Part shown: positions 23,399 to 33,555 of the stretch, in pieces
Layout: each line of letters starts with the position of its first letter
Position numbering within the stretch: the first letter of the stretch is position 1
Origin: Candidatus Sumerlaeia bacterium
GTDB taxonomy: Bacteria > Sumerlaeota > Sumerlaeia > SLMS01 > JANRJK01
Assembly (NCBI GenBank): GCA_033764015.1
Contig: JANRJK010000046.1
Location: 202,836-266,835 of the forward strand
DNA length: 64,000 bases
Direction: 5' to 3'
Made by a program: the position numbers and the translations under genes
The notes under the pieces: generated by a model
Told to the model about the DNA's origin: nothing
Databases searched by the model: none
Seen by the model: the letters and a program-made list of their open reading frames with translations, nothing else

Positions 23399-23995
23399 TC
23401 AGCCCCGTGTCTCCGTGGTGAGGAGCCGGTGGAGCGTTTCGACCTGCGCGCGGGTGCGCTGCAAGCTGCCGGAGTTGTCGATCAGGTGGTCGGCGCGCTT
23501 CGCCTTCTCCTCCTGCGACAATTGTGCCGAAAGTCTGCGACGGATTTCCTCGTCCGTCATCCCGCGGTCGCGGCGCAGCCGCTCGAATCGTGTGGGCTCG
23601 TCCACGGTGACGACCGCGACCCGGTCGCAAAGCGACTCGGCGCCGGATTCGTAGAGGAGCGGAACATCGAGCAAGATCAACGGTTCGTTCCGTAGCTGTG
23701 CGAGCAGTTCGAGTTCCCGCGCGCGGACGCGGGGGTGGACGATTTCCTCAAGGCGGCGTAGATCCTGTGGGTTCGCGAAGACGCGCGCGGCGAGGAGCCG
23801 CCGGTCGAGAGACCCGTCTGGAGATAGCATCTCCGGGCCGAAGTGGGAAACGATCTCTCGATACGCGGGCGCACCCGGCTGGGTGGCTTCCCGGGCGATC
23901 GCATCGGCGCACACGACAGGCACGCCAAGCTCCACCATCATCGAGGACACCGTGCTTTTCCCGCTTCCGAGCGAGCCGGTCAAGCCGAGAATCAT
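23399..23995 (-). CDS. coaE: Dephospho-CoA kinase
   Basis: [45 protein letters not shown]. Confidence 0.95.
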   Translation of the reverse strand: MILGLTGSLGSGKSTVSSMMVELGVPVVCADAIAREATQPGAPAYREIVSHFGPEMLSPDGSLDRRLLAARVFANPQDLRRLEEIVHPRVRARELELLAQLRNEPLILLDVPLLYESGAESLCDRVAVVTVDEPTRFERLRRDRGMTDEEIRRRLSAQLSQEEKAKRADHLIDNSGSLQRTRAQVETLHRLLTTETRG

Positions 23996-24140
23996 CGCGC
24001 CGCCGCTCCTTCCGCCCGCCGAGTCCTCGTCAGGCCGTCGCACGCGCGCAACAGCGAAGGTGCGGCGGGGCTTGCGTGGGGGCCTCCGCCGTGCACGGTG
24101 GGTGGATGAGAGACCCCAACCGCCAGAGGACGCCGTCCAA

Positions 24141-24554
24141 ATGACCATCACCATCGAACAACGGATCTCGGCACCCATCGACCACGTGTGGCGGGTCTGG
24201 ACCACCCCCGCGGATATTGTGCACTGGAACTTCGCCACCGAGGGGTGGCATTGCCCGTCGGCGCGGCTCGACCTGCGGGTTGGCGGATCGTTCTGCTACC
24301 GCATGGAAGCGGTCGACGGAAGCATGGGCTTCGACTTCGAGGGCGTGTTCACGCGGGTCGACCCCCTGCGCCTCATCGAGTTCACCATGGGCGACGGCCG
24401 GGCGGTCCGCGTCGAGTTCAGCGAGCTCCCCGGAGGCGCGCTGATCCGCGAGTCGTTCGAGGCGGAGGATATCCACTCCGCCGAGCAGCAGCGGGACGGC
24501 TGGCAGCAGATCCTCGTGAACTTCGCGGCGCGCGCGGAAGCGGTGCGGGGCTGA
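24141..24554 (+). CDS. SRPBCC/AHSA1-like domain protein
   Basis: VWRVWTTPADIVHWNFA, DLRVGGSFCYRMEA.DGSMGFDFEG, EQQRDGWQQIL. Confidence 0.9.
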   Translation: MTITIEQRISAPIDHVWRVWTTPADIVHWNFATEGWHCPSARLDLRVGGSFCYRMEAVDGSMGFDFEGVFTRVDPLRLIEFTMGDGRAVRVEFSELPGGALIRESFEAEDIHSAEQQRDGWQQILVNFAARAEAVRG

Positions 24555-24660
24555 GTGGCGCGGCGCGCCTCCGACCGGTCCGCTTGCACTTCCGCGATCC
24601 GGCTGGCGAACTAGCCGCGCGCCGTGACGGTGGCGAGGCGCGAATCCGGAGTGAGCCCGA

Positions 24661-27600
24661 TTGAACATCGAAGACGCCCCCGACACGCTGCCGCCGCCCG
24701 CGCTCCCGCCGGACGCGACATTGACCTTCGACCCGTCCCGCCCGGGGGATGAGGAGACGGCGCGCCTCGGCTATGTGATGGGCCCCGGGGACCGCCCGGG
24801 CGGCGCCGCCGGCGATGGATCCTTGGCGGCCACCGCGCAGGTCCGGACGGATCCCGCCGCGCCGCTGCGGGCGGAAGCCTCGAGCGAGGGTTACGTCCTC
24901 GAGCGGCGCATCGGCGCGGGAGGTTTCGGCGAAGTGTGGCGCGCCTCGCAGGTCGCGCTCCGCCGCACCGTGGCGGTCAAGATCATCCGGGGCGGCGCGG
25001 GGGAGGGCCAGGAGGCCCGGCTGCTGCGCCGCGCCTTCCGCGACGAGGCGCTGACCGCCGCGCAGCTCGACCATCCGAACATCGTGCCCGTCTACGACTT
25101 CGCCACGGAACGCGGCGGCGCGTCGATGCTCGCCATGAAGCTGGTCCAGGGGGTCCCCTGGAACCGGGCCATCGAATCGGATTTCGCGGGTTCGACCGCG
25201 GAGGACTTCCTGGCCCGCCACATCCCGATCCTCGTCGCCGTGGCGCAGGCGGTCGCCTTCGCCCACAGCCGCGGCATCATCCACCGCGACCTCAAGCCGC
25301 ACCAAGTGATGATCGGCGAGTTCGGCGAGGTGCTCCTGATGGACTGGGGCCTCGCGGTGAACTTCGACCCGGAGCGGCTGCGCGAGACTCGGGGCGACCT
25401 CGCGATGGGGTCGGCGCCCACGGCGGAGGAGGCGTCGAGCCCCGCCGGCACGCCGGCCTACATGGCCCCGGAGCAGACGCGCCGCACCGCCGACGCGGTC
25501 GGTCCCTGGACCGACATCTACCTGCTCGGCGCGATCCTGTTCGTGCTGCTTTCGGGCTCGCCGCCGCGCAGCGGCACGACAGGACACGGGGCGTTCGCGG
25601 CGGCGGCCGCGGGGCGCTTCGACGACATCGGCAAGGTGGCGCCGGAGGGCCGCGCGATGCCGGCGGATCTGGTCGAGCTCTGCCTGCAGTGCCTCGAGCC
25701 GGACCGCTCGAAGCGGCCGGCGGCGGCGACGGAGGTGGTCGGGCGGCTGCAAGGCCACCTCTCCGGAGCGCGGGCCCGCAGCGAGTCCGCCGCCATCACC
25801 GCCGAGGCCGCCAAGCGGATCGCCGAGGCGGCCGACTACGAGGAGTGCAACGCGCTGGGAGCGCGGCTGGAGCAGGCGTCGGCGCTGTGGCCCGGCAATC
25901 CGGAGGCGATGCGGCTCGGGCACCGGCTGGCCGAGTACTACGGCCGGCTGGCGTTACGGCGGGGCGACCTCGCGCTGGCGTCGCTGCAGGCGCGCAAGTG
26001 CGCCCCGGGCGTGCGCGAGGCGCTGCTGGGGGGAGTGGCGGCGGCGGAGGCGCGGATCCGTTCGCGCGAGCGCACGCGCCGCCTCGCCATCGGCTCCAGC
26101 CTCGCCCTGCTGCTGGCGCTGTTGGGCGGATCCGCCTACTACACGCGCGTCCTCGAAGCGCGCGCGGAATCGGAAGCGGCCGCGCGCCGGCTCGCGGAGG
26201 AGAAGCAGTCGGAGGCGGAGCGGAACTTCGCCGCCGCGAAGGCTCAGGGCGAGGGCTCCGCGGCGCTCGTCGGGTACATCCTCGGCGAGCTGCGCGCCGC
26301 CATGGCGGAGGAGTTCGACAGCGCGGAGGGCCTCGATCCGAAGACGGCAAACCGGATGCGCCATGCGATCGCCGGGCGCGTGGTGAAGCCGACGGTGGAG
26401 TACTACCGCAGCGTTGACGCGACCGCGTGGCCGGACGAGCTCGCGCTGCCCTTCGCGGATTCGATGCAGCAAGCCTCCGGCTACATCCGCACGCTGGGCC
26501 TGTTCGACGATGCGCTGGAGCTGGGCACGACGACGCTGGCGCTGCGCCGCGCGCGCCTCGCGCCGGACGACCCGAAGCTCCTCGCGAACCTGTCGAGCCT
26601 CGCGATCACCTACAAGGACAAGGGCGAGATCCGCAAGGCGCTGGAGATGGAGCTCGACATCGCGGCCACGTACGAACGGAGCCCGCAGCGCGACGAGGCC
26701 GCCTACGCCACCGCGATGCACAACCTCGGCATGCGCTACCACATGCTCGGCGAGTCCGACGCATCGCTGGACTGGTTCACGCGCGCGCTCGCCATCCGCG
26801 AACGCGTCTTCGGCCCGGAGACCGAGCGCGTCGCCACGCCGCTGGTGGGCCGCGCGGCGGCGCTCAACAAGCTCGGCCGCATGGAGGCGGCGCTCGCCGA
26901 CATCCAGCGCGCCGTCGCCATCCGCGAGAAGACGATCGGCACGGAGGCGACCGACACGCTCACGGCGCGCGCGATGCTCGCCACGGTACTCTCCAAGATG
27001 GGGCGCGACGGCGAGGCGATCGCGATCCTGCAGGAGGACCTCGGCCGCACCGCGAAGGCATTCGGCGAGGGGCACGGGAGAGTCGGGGTCGTCCACGGCA
27101 AGCTCGCGGACGCGCTGGCCTCCGCGGGACGCCACGAGGAGGCCGTCGGCCACTCGGACCACGCCGTGGCGATCTACGCGAAGTTCTACGGCGAGCGCCA
27201 CCGCAACACGGGCGAGATCCTCATCGAGCGCGCGCGGATCCGGTTCCGCGCCGGACAGGGGACGGAACTGCTCGCCGACTTCGCCGATGGCCTCGCGATC
27301 ATGGCGGAAGCGGGCGAAGGGATGACGCCCAGCGCGGTCGAGTACGCCCGCGAATACCTGTCCATCCGCTCCCTGCTCGGCGACCACACGGGCGCGATCG
27401 AAGAGTACCGCACTCTCCGCGCGGCGCTGGCCGCGGACCCGAGCGCCGGCGTGACGCCCGACAAGCTGAATGCTGCGCTCGCGACCGCGCTGGTGCGCCG
27501 CGCGCGCGCGCCGCTCCTCGCGAACCCGGCGGACGCGGAAGGCAGCGCGCTCCTGGAGGAAGCGCTCTCGCTCGCGGACGCGAACGGCTCCATTTCCACC

Positions 27601-27816
27601 GGCAGTCCCCGCTGGTTCCTCTGGGAGTGCTGGATGCACCACCTCGCGGGCCGCGACGATGCGGCCCGCGCGGCCTACGCGAAACTCATCGCCGCCCGCC
27701 CCCCTGGCCAGCACCGCCGCGCCCTCGCGCGCGAAGAATCGCTGCTGGAGGAAGTCGCGCGGCGGATCGGGGTGGATCTGCCGGAGGGATGGGCAACCAC
27801 TGCGACCCCGCCCTGA
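24661..27816 (+). CDS. Hanks-type Ser/Thr protein kinase with TM helix and C-terminal TPR repeats
   Basis: IGAGGFGEVW, VAVK, HPNIVPVYD, HRDLKPHQ, DWG, GTPAYMAPEQ, DIYLLG; kinesin-light-chain-like TPRs (ALAIRERVFGPE). Confidence 0.92.
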   Translation: MNIEDAPDTLPPPALPPDATLTFDPSRPGDEETARLGYVMGPGDRPGGAAGDGSLAATAQVRTDPAAPLRAEASSEGYVLERRIGAGGFGEVWRASQVALRRTVAVKIIRGGAGEGQEARLLRRAFRDEALTAAQLDHPNIVPVYDFATERGGASMLAMKLVQGVPWNRAIESDFAGSTAEDFLARHIPILVAVAQAVAFAHSRGIIHRDLKPHQVMIGEFGEVLLMDWGLAVNFDPERLRETRGDLAMGSAPTAEEASSPAGTPAYMAPEQTRRTADAVGPWTDIYLLGAILFVLLSGSPPRSGTTGHGAFAAAAAGRFDDIGKVAPEGRAMPADLVELCLQCLEPDRSKRPAAATEVVGRLQGHLSGARARSESAAITAEAAKRIAEAADYEECNALGARLEQASALWPGNPEAMRLGHRLAEYYGRLALRRGDLALASLQARKCAPGVREALLGGVAAAEARIRSRERTRRLAIGSSLALLLALLGGSAYYTRVLEARAESEAAARRLAEEKQSEAERNFAAAKAQGEGSAALVGYILGELRAAMAEEFDSAEGLDPKTANRMRHAIAGRVVKPTVEYYRSVDATAWPDELALPFADSMQQASGYIRTLGLFDDALELGTTTLALRRARLAPDDPKLLANLSSLAITYKDKGEIRKALEMELDIAATYERSPQRDEAAYATAMHNLGMRYHMLGESDASLDWFTRALAIRERVFGPETERVATPLVGRAAALNKLGRMEAALADIQRAVAIREKTIGTEATDTLTARAMLATVLSKMGRDGEAIAILQEDLGRTAKAFGEGHGRVGVVHGKLADALASAGRHEEAVGHSDHAVAIYAKFYGERHRNTGEILIERARIRFRAGQGTELLADFADGLAIMAEAGEGMTPSAVEYAREYLSIRSLLGDHTGAIEEYRTLRAALAADPSAGVTPDKLNAALATALVRRARAPLLANPADAEGSALLEEALSLADANGSISTGSPRWFLWECWMHHLAGRDDAARAAYAKLIAARPPGQHRRALAREESLLEEVARRIGVDLPEGWATTATPP

Positions 27817-27901
27817 CCATCCCTGCGCGCTGTTGGAGCAGAATCAGCCTCCGCACTGGCCGCCTTCACACAGAACAACAATCGAGAGGAGAAGCCCAGC
27901 G

Positions 27902-28093
27902 ATGAGCCAACCAACCACACCCGCCTACCGCCCCGGCATCAACATGGCCCTCAAGACGCCGCCGCACGCCTACGAGGCGACGGTCCGTTTCTACCGTGAC
28001 ATCATCGGCCTCGAGCAACTCCCCGACGGCTTCATCGGCTTCTGGATCATGGACCCGGCGGGGACTGTGTGCCTCGTGGCCAAGGAGAGCTGA
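27902..28093 (+). pseudogene. 63-aa VOC/glyoxalase-like ORF, probably internally deleted
   Basis: GAGAGGAG SD; N-terminal EATVRFYRDIIGL joined directly to C-terminal EQLPDGFIGFWIMDPAG, about half a VOC domain. Confidence 0.5.
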
Positions 28094-28118
28094 GTGGGCG
28101 AAGCCCGAGGCGCGGCAC

Positions 28119-28718
28119 ATGGACCCATTGCGAACTGGCGAAGCCTACGATCAACTCGCCGATCTATGGAACAGCCCGACCTTCAACCGGGCGAACGGCA
28201 TCCGGCAGCACGAGCGCGCGATTGCCTTCGCCCGAACGCGGGGGCGCGCGCTCGACGTTGGTTGCGGAAGCAGTGGCCGCTTCATCGACTTGCTCTTGAG
28301 CCACGGCTACACCGTCGAGGGGCTGGACATCTCGCCGCGGATGATCGAACTGGCCCGCGCACGGCACCCGGGCATCGAGTTCCACCACGCCGACATCTGC
28401 CGCTGGGAGTTCCCCGCGCAGTACGATTTCGTCTCCGCCTGGGACAGCATCTGGCACGTGCCCTCCGCTGAGGCGGAAGCGGTCCTGCGCAAGCTCCTCG
28501 ATGGGCTGGCGCCGGGCGGCGTCTGCATTTTCACCACCGGGGGCCTCGATGCGCCGGTAGAGAAAGTGGATGCCAGTATGGGACCCACGGTCTCGTACAG
28601 CGTGCTCGGGATTCCCAAGACACTGGAAGTGCTGGCGCAGTGCGGCTGCGTCTGCCGGCACTTGGAGTACGACCAGCTCCCCGAGCTCCACGTCTACATC
28701 ATCGCGCAGAAGGCGTAG
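28119..28718 (+). CDS. Class I SAM-dependent methyltransferase
   Basis: ALDVGCGSSG, GLDISPRMI, ADIC, LAPGG. Confidence 0.92.
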   Translation: MDPLRTGEAYDQLADLWNSPTFNRANGIRQHERAIAFARTRGRALDVGCGSSGRFIDLLLSHGYTVEGLDISPRMIELARARHPGIEFHHADICRWEFPAQYDFVSAWDSIWHVPSAEAEAVLRKLLDGLAPGGVCIFTTGGLDAPVEKVDASMGPTVSYSVLGIPKTLEVLAQCGCVCRHLEYDQLPELHVYIIAQKA

Positions 28719-28863
28719 TCCATTCGCCAGCAGCCGGACGCCTTTCTCGGCTTGCGAGGCGATGCGATCCCGCACGAACTTCCCGGCTCTTGAGTCAGCT
28801 CCGCGCACAATGCCCGCTCCCACTCCGGGAGCGGCGGCGCCGCACCGAATCGAGGAAGCAGCC

Positions 28864-29274
28864 ATGGCCCGGAACTCGACGATCATTCCGACGATGCGCT
28901 ACCGCGACGCGCACGCCGCGATCGCCTCGCTTTGCGAGGTGCTTGGATTCGAGGAGCAACTCGTGGTTCCCGGCCCGGACGGGACCATCGCGCATGCGCA
29001 ACTTCGACTCGGAGGCGGCATGGTCATGCTCGGCTCGGCGACGGATACCGAATTCGGACGCTGGATGGCCCAACCCGGCCAAGTGGGCGGGTTGACTACG
29101 CAGGCTGCCTACGTCGTGGTGCCGGATGCGGACGCGGTTTACGAACGAGTCAACGCTGCGGGATGGTCGATCCTCCTCCCGATCAAGGACGAGGACTACG
29201 GCGGGCGCGGGTTCACCTGTGCCGACCCGGAGCGCCACGTTTGGAGCGTTGGCACCTACGACCCTTGGAAGTGA
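28864..29274 (+). CDS. VOC/glyoxalase (PhnB-like) family protein
   Basis: IIPTMRYRDA, IAHAQL, DEDYGGRGFTCADPE.HVWSVGTY. Confidence 0.9.
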   Translation: MARNSTIIPTMRYRDAHAAIASLCEVLGFEEQLVVPGPDGTIAHAQLRLGGGMVMLGSATDTEFGRWMAQPGQVGGLTTQAAYVVVPDADAVYERVNAAGWSILLPIKDEDYGGRGFTCADPERHVWSVGTYDPWK

Positions 29275-29372
29275 GGCGACCTCGATAGGCCGCGGCGCGC
29301 AGTTTTCACCTGCGTCTGGGCGCAATGGTTGCTGCGCTCGCCTCATCAGCCCACCAAGGTCCAACGAAGCCC

Positions 29373-29873
29373 ATGGCCAAGAAACCCGAAGAAGCCTCCT
29401 CCGACATGCTTGGCAAGAAGGCCCCCGCTTTCTCCCTCCCCGACCAAAACGGGAAGGCCCACAAGCTCGCCGACTACAAGAGCCGTTACGTCGTCCTCTT
29501 CTGGTACCCGAAGGACGACACGCCGGGCTGCACCAAGGAGGCGTGCGGCTTCCGCGACCGGACCGCGGAGTTCGCCGAGCTCGGCGCCGTGGTCCTCGGC
29601 GCGTCGATGCTCGACGTGAAGTCCAAGGCGAAGTTCGCCAAGAAGCACGGCCTCGCGTTCCCGATCCTCGCCGACGAGGACAACAAGGTGGCGGAGGCGT
29701 ACGGCGTGTGGAAGGAGAAGTCGATGTACGGCAAGACGTACATGGGCATCTCGCGCGAGACGTTCCTCATCGGTCCCGACGGCAAGATCGCCGCGCACTG
29801 GCCGAAGGCGTCGGGCAGCGAGGACCACTCGGCGGAGGTGCTTGAGGCGCTTCGCAAGCTGGCGGCGGGGTGA
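29373..29873 (+). CDS. bcp: Thioredoxin-dependent peroxiredoxin (BCP/PrxQ)
   Basis: YPKDDTPGCTKEACGFRD, YGVWKEKSMYGKTYMGI.RETFLI. Confidence 0.93.
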   Translation: MAKKPEEASSDMLGKKAPAFSLPDQNGKAHKLADYKSRYVVLFWYPKDDTPGCTKEACGFRDRTAEFAELGAVVLGASMLDVKSKAKFAKKHGLAFPILADEDNKVAEAYGVWKEKSMYGKTYMGISRETFLIGPDGKIAAHWPKASGSEDHSAEVLEALRKLAAG

Positions 29874-29889
29874 GCCCTCCCCGCCGCGC

Positions 29890-29918
29890 TTGACAGGCGC
29901 CCGGCGGGCGTCCAAGAT
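29890..29918 (+). promoter_or_regulatory. Probable sigma70 promoter for radical SAM gene
   Basis: Perfect TTGACA (29890-29895), 17-nt spacer, CAAGAT (29913-29918). Confidence 0.55.
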
Positions 29919-29995
29919 TCCCTACAGGAAAAGGCGCACGCTTCCGGGCGCGCCGCCCGCCCGCTCCACCGACCGCAGCCAAGGCAGGTGCTCCG

Positions 29996-31465
29996 TTGCT
30001 CCACATCGCCTTCATCAACCCGTACGAGTCGCTCAGCCCCTACCAGGCCAGCCTCCCGCCCCTCGGCATCGGCTACCTGTCGGCGTTCCTCAAGCAGCAC
30101 TTCGGGTGGGTGAAGACGTCCTTCCACCACACGGTGGAGCAGCTCATCGACGCCAAGCCGGACCTGGTCGGCATCTCCTCCGCCTCGGAGAACTTCCTGG
30201 ACGCGATGTACATCGCGGAGCGCGTGAAGGAGGAGCTGGGCGTGCCCATCGTGGTCGGCGGCATGCACATCACCAGCCTGCCCCACACGCTGCCCAAGAC
30301 GATGGACGTGGGCGTGGTCGGCGAGGGCGAGGGCACCTTCATGGCCGTCGTCGAGCTTTACCACGCGAAGTCGAGCCCGGGCCCCGAGGACTTCGCCAAG
30401 ATCAACGGCATCAGCTACCACGACAACGGCGCGGTCGCGGTCAACCCCGGCGCCGAAATGATCAAGGAAATGGATACGCTGCCGTATCCGGACCGCGACC
30501 TGATCGACCACGGCTGGCGCGTGCCGAACTGGGAGACGGTCCACCTGGTCAGCTCGCGCGGCTGCCCGTACAAGTGTTCCTTCTGCAGCTCGTCGCTGCA
30601 CTGGAAGCGCTTCCGCTTCTTCTCGCCGGAGTACGTGGCGAAGGAGATCGAGTACCTCCGCGAGCGCTACAACCCCGAGATCCTCTACTTCTTCGACGAC
30701 CTGTTCGTGGGGCACATCGGCCGCTGGCGCGAGGTCGTGAAGCTGTTCCAGGAGCGCGGGCTGCACCGCGGCGTCCACTTCCGCGCCTACGCCCGCGTCG
30801 ACCTCGTCACGGCGCAGATGGCCGAGGAGTTCGCCGAGCTGAACTTCAAGTACATCGACTTCGGCTTCGAGTCGAACTCCGAGCCGATCCTGAAGTTCCT
30901 CACCAAGACGCGCGTGACGCCCGAGGTGAACCAGCGCGCCATCGACATGCTCTACAAGAACCAGGTCTCGGTCGGCGCCAACTTCATCATCGGCTCGCCG
31001 CCGGAGACCATCGAGGACATCCAGCAGTCCATCGCATTCGCGCGCGCCAACCGCGACGCGATCGACCGCTGCAGCGTCGGCCCGCTCCAGCCGCTCCCCG
31101 GCACCGCCATCTGGAACATCGCCAAGATGAAGGGCCTCGTGAACGACAACTTCGAGTGGAGCCGCCTAGCCACCACCTACGAGACCTTCGACTGGGAAAC
31201 GTTCCCCTTCATGGGCGAGAACATGACCCGCAAGGAGTTCTGGGACTCCTGGACCGAGTTCAACCAGCTCGCCAAGGAGATCAACTACGTGGGCCAGATG
31301 CGCCGCCTCACGATGCAGCGCTCGCAGCGCGACAACCGCATCGCGGACCTCGAGCGGCAGCTCGCCGAGCTCAAGGGCAGCCGCATCATCCAGGCCGCCA
31401 GCAAGGTCCGCGACTGGCGCCGCAAGACGCTCGCCGTCGAGCAGCCCGCCGGCGCCTCCGCCTGA
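29996..31465 (+). CDS. Cobalamin-binding (B12-dependent) radical SAM protein with C-terminal coiled coil
   Basis: PPLGIGYLSA, VVGGMHIT, GEGEGT, SRGCPYKCSFC (CX3CX2C), FFDDLF, FGFESNS; TTG start. Confidence 0.93.
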   Translation: MLHIAFINPYESLSPYQASLPPLGIGYLSAFLKQHFGWVKTSFHHTVEQLIDAKPDLVGISSASENFLDAMYIAERVKEELGVPIVVGGMHITSLPHTLPKTMDVGVVGEGEGTFMAVVELYHAKSSPGPEDFAKINGISYHDNGAVAVNPGAEMIKEMDTLPYPDRDLIDHGWRVPNWETVHLVSSRGCPYKCSFCSSSLHWKRFRFFSPEYVAKEIEYLRERYNPEILYFFDDLFVGHIGRWREVVKLFQERGLHRGVHFRAYARVDLVTAQMAEEFAELNFKYIDFGFESNSEPILKFLTKTRVTPEVNQRAIDMLYKNQVSVGANFIIGSPPETIEDIQQSIAFARANRDAIDRCSVGPLQPLPGTAIWNIAKMKGLVNDNFEWSRLATTYETFDWETFPFMGENMTRKEFWDSWTEFNQLAKEINYVGQMRRLTMQRSQRDNRIADLERQLAELKGSRIIQAASKVRDWRRKTLAVEQPAGASA

Positions 31466-31491
31466 CGACCCGCCACCCGAACGAAACCTCC

Positions 31492-31529
31492 ACGGGGCGG
31501 ACCGCGACGGCCCGCCCCGTTCCGTTTCC
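31492..31529 (+). terminator. Hairpin with weak U-tract between radical SAM gene and queA
   Basis: ACGGGGCGGACCG / CGGCCCGCCCCGT (13 bp, one mismatch) followed by TCCGTTTCC. Confidence 0.45.
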
Positions 31530-32627
31530 ATGAACCTCGACCTGTTCGATTATGACCTCCCTGAGCACCTGATCGCGGCCTTCCCCGCGGAGCGCCGCGA
31601 CGCCTCGCGCCTGCTGGTGCTGCCGGCGGAGGGCGACCCCGCGCACCGCGCCTTCACCGACCTGCCGGGGCATCTGCGCCCCGGCGACCTGCTCGTCCTC
31701 AACGATACGCGCGTGATGCCGGTGCGGCTGCTTGGCTCGCTGCGCGGCGGGGGCAGGGCCGAGCTGCTGTTGCTGCACTGCGTTTCGAGCTCCCCGACGC
31801 GCTGGACGGCGCTCGCCAAGCCCGGACGGCGCCTCCGCCCCGGCGACACGGTCGAGATCGGCGGCGTGATGACCGCGCACATCGAGGCGGTCGAGGCGGA
31901 CGGCTCTCGCGTGGCGTGCTTCGAGCACGACGGCGCCTTCGCGGACCGATTGGAGGAACTGGGCCGGATGCCGCTGCCGCCCTATATCCTCAAGTCGCGC
32001 GAACGCGGCGCTCCCGAGGACGCCCTCGCCGCCTGGGACGCGCTCGACCGGGAACGCTACCAGACCGTCTACGCGCGCCGCCTCGGCAGCATCGCCGCGC
32101 CGACCGCGGGCTTGCACTTCACCCCGGAGCTCTTCGCCCGCCTCGACGCGATGGGCGTCGAGCGCGCGTTCGTCACGCTCCACGTGGGCGCAGGCACCTT
32201 CAAGCCGGTCACGGCGGAGGACACGTCGGCGCACGAGATGCACTCGGAGGAGTGGGAGGTGCCCCCGGAGGCTGCGGAGCGCATCGAGGGCGCGCGCCGG
32301 GCCGGGCGGCGCATCGTCGCCGTGGGCACCACCAGCGTGAGGACCCTCGAGACCGCCGCGCAGGCCGACGGCAAGGTGCGCCCCGGCGCCGGCTCGACGA
32401 AGCTCTTCATCGAGCCCGGGTTCCGCTTCCGGGTGGTCGATGCGATGGTGACGAACTTCCACCTGCCGCGGAGCACGCTGCTGCTGCTGGTGTCGGCGTT
32501 CGCGGGGCGCGACCGGGTGCTGGCCGCGTACCGCGAGGCGGTGGCGGCGGGTTACCGGTTCTACTCATACGGCGACGCGACGCTGCTGCACCGGTCGCCC
32601 GCGGACCGCGCCACGGAACCCGGTTGA
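31530..32627 (+). CDS. queA: S-adenosylmethionine:tRNA ribosyltransferase-isomerase
   Basis: FDYDLPEHLIA, LVLNDTRVMP, PLPPYI, RYQTVYA, GSIAAPTAGLHFT, LHVGAGTFKPV, VAVGTTSVR, TNFHLP, YRFYSYGDA. Confidence 0.98.
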   Translation: MNLDLFDYDLPEHLIAAFPAERRDASRLLVLPAEGDPAHRAFTDLPGHLRPGDLLVLNDTRVMPVRLLGSLRGGGRAELLLLHCVSSSPTRWTALAKPGRRLRPGDTVEIGGVMTAHIEAVEADGSRVACFEHDGAFADRLEELGRMPLPPYILKSRERGAPEDALAAWDALDRERYQTVYARRLGSIAAPTAGLHFTPELFARLDAMGVERAFVTLHVGAGTFKPVTAEDTSAHEMHSEEWEVPPEAAERIEGARRAGRRIVAVGTTSVRTLETAAQADGKVRPGAGSTKLFIEPGFRFRVVDAMVTNFHLPRSTLLLLVSAFAGRDRVLAAYREAVAAGYRFYSYGDATLLHRSPADRATEPG

Positions 32628-32718
32628 CCCCCCCCGGCGGGGGTCGAAAGCGTGGCGGGCTTGGCATCCCTGAACAAAGCGCCCCAACGGCGCCGCTGCG
32701 AAGGCTCCCGCAACCCCT

Positions 32719-33555
32719 ATGGCGATCCACCCGTCCGCCGAAATCCATCCCTCAGCAGAAGTCCACCCCGGAGCCGATATCGGCCCGCGGGTCATCATCG
32801 GGCCCGGCTCCGTCGTCGGCGAAGGCTGCGTCCTGATGGCGGGGGCGGTCATCGGCCCCCGGGTGCGCATGGGAAGCGGCAACAAGCTCTACCCGTACGC
32901 CGTGGTGGGCGAGGCGCCGCAGCATGTCGCGTGCGATCCGGACATCGCGTCGTTCCTCGAGATCGGGGCGAACAACACGTTCCGCGAGCACGTGACCGCG
33001 CACCGCTCGATCTACGAGGGCGGCAGGACGGTGATCGGCGACGGCAACTACTTCATGGCGGGCGGGCACATCGCGCACGATTGCGTGCTTGGCAGCAACA
33101 TCGTCATGACGAACCTGGCCGGAGTGGCGGGCCACGTCGAGATCGGGGACCGCGCCTTCATCAGCGGACCGGTCGGCGTGCACCAGTGGGTGCGCGTCGG
33201 GCGCCTCGCGATGGTCGGCGGCATGACGGGCGTCGGCCAGGACGTGCCGCCGTTCATGAACGTGCGGGGGGACTGCACGCTGGTGGGCCTCAACACGATC
33301 GGGCTGCGCCGCGCGGGGATTTCCGCGGAGACGCGCCTCGTGCTGAAGCAATTCTACAAGGCCCTCTTCCGCTCCGGGCGCCCGCTGCGCAAGGCGGCGG
33401 AGTCGCTCGCCGCCGAGTGGTCCGGCCGCGAGATGCCGGGCGAGGCGCGCGAGCTGCTCGATTTCTGCCTCGCGAAGAGCAAGCGCGGCATCGCCCGCGG
33501 TCCGCGCCCCGCCGCGCAGCGGGCGAGCGCGAGCGGCGCCGACCTCGAAGAATGA
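32719..33555 (+). CDS. lpxA: Acyl-ACP--UDP-N-acetylglucosamine O-acyltransferase
   Basis: Hexapeptide repeats, HIAHDC (catalytic His), AGHV, HQWVRVG, QDVPPF, GLNTIGLRRAG. Confidence 0.9.
   Translation: MAIHPSAEIHPSAEVHPGADIGPRVIIGPGSVVGEGCVLMAGAVIGPRVRMGSGNKLYPYAVVGEAPQHVACDPDIASFLEIGANNTFREHVTAHRSIYEGGRTVIGDGNYFMAGGHIAHDCVLGSNIVMTNLAGVAGHVEIGDRAFISGPVGVHQWVRVGRLAMVGGMTGVGQDVPPFMNVRGDCTLVGLNTIGLRRAGISAETRLVLKQFYKALFRSGRPLRKAAESLAAEWSGREMPGEARELLDFCLAKSKRGIARGPRPAAQRASASGADLEE

Noticed and set aside
27816..29373. Integron cassette array
   Set aside because: Cargo-like small genes, but no RYYYAAC...GTTRRRY attC structures, no repeated spacers and no integrase
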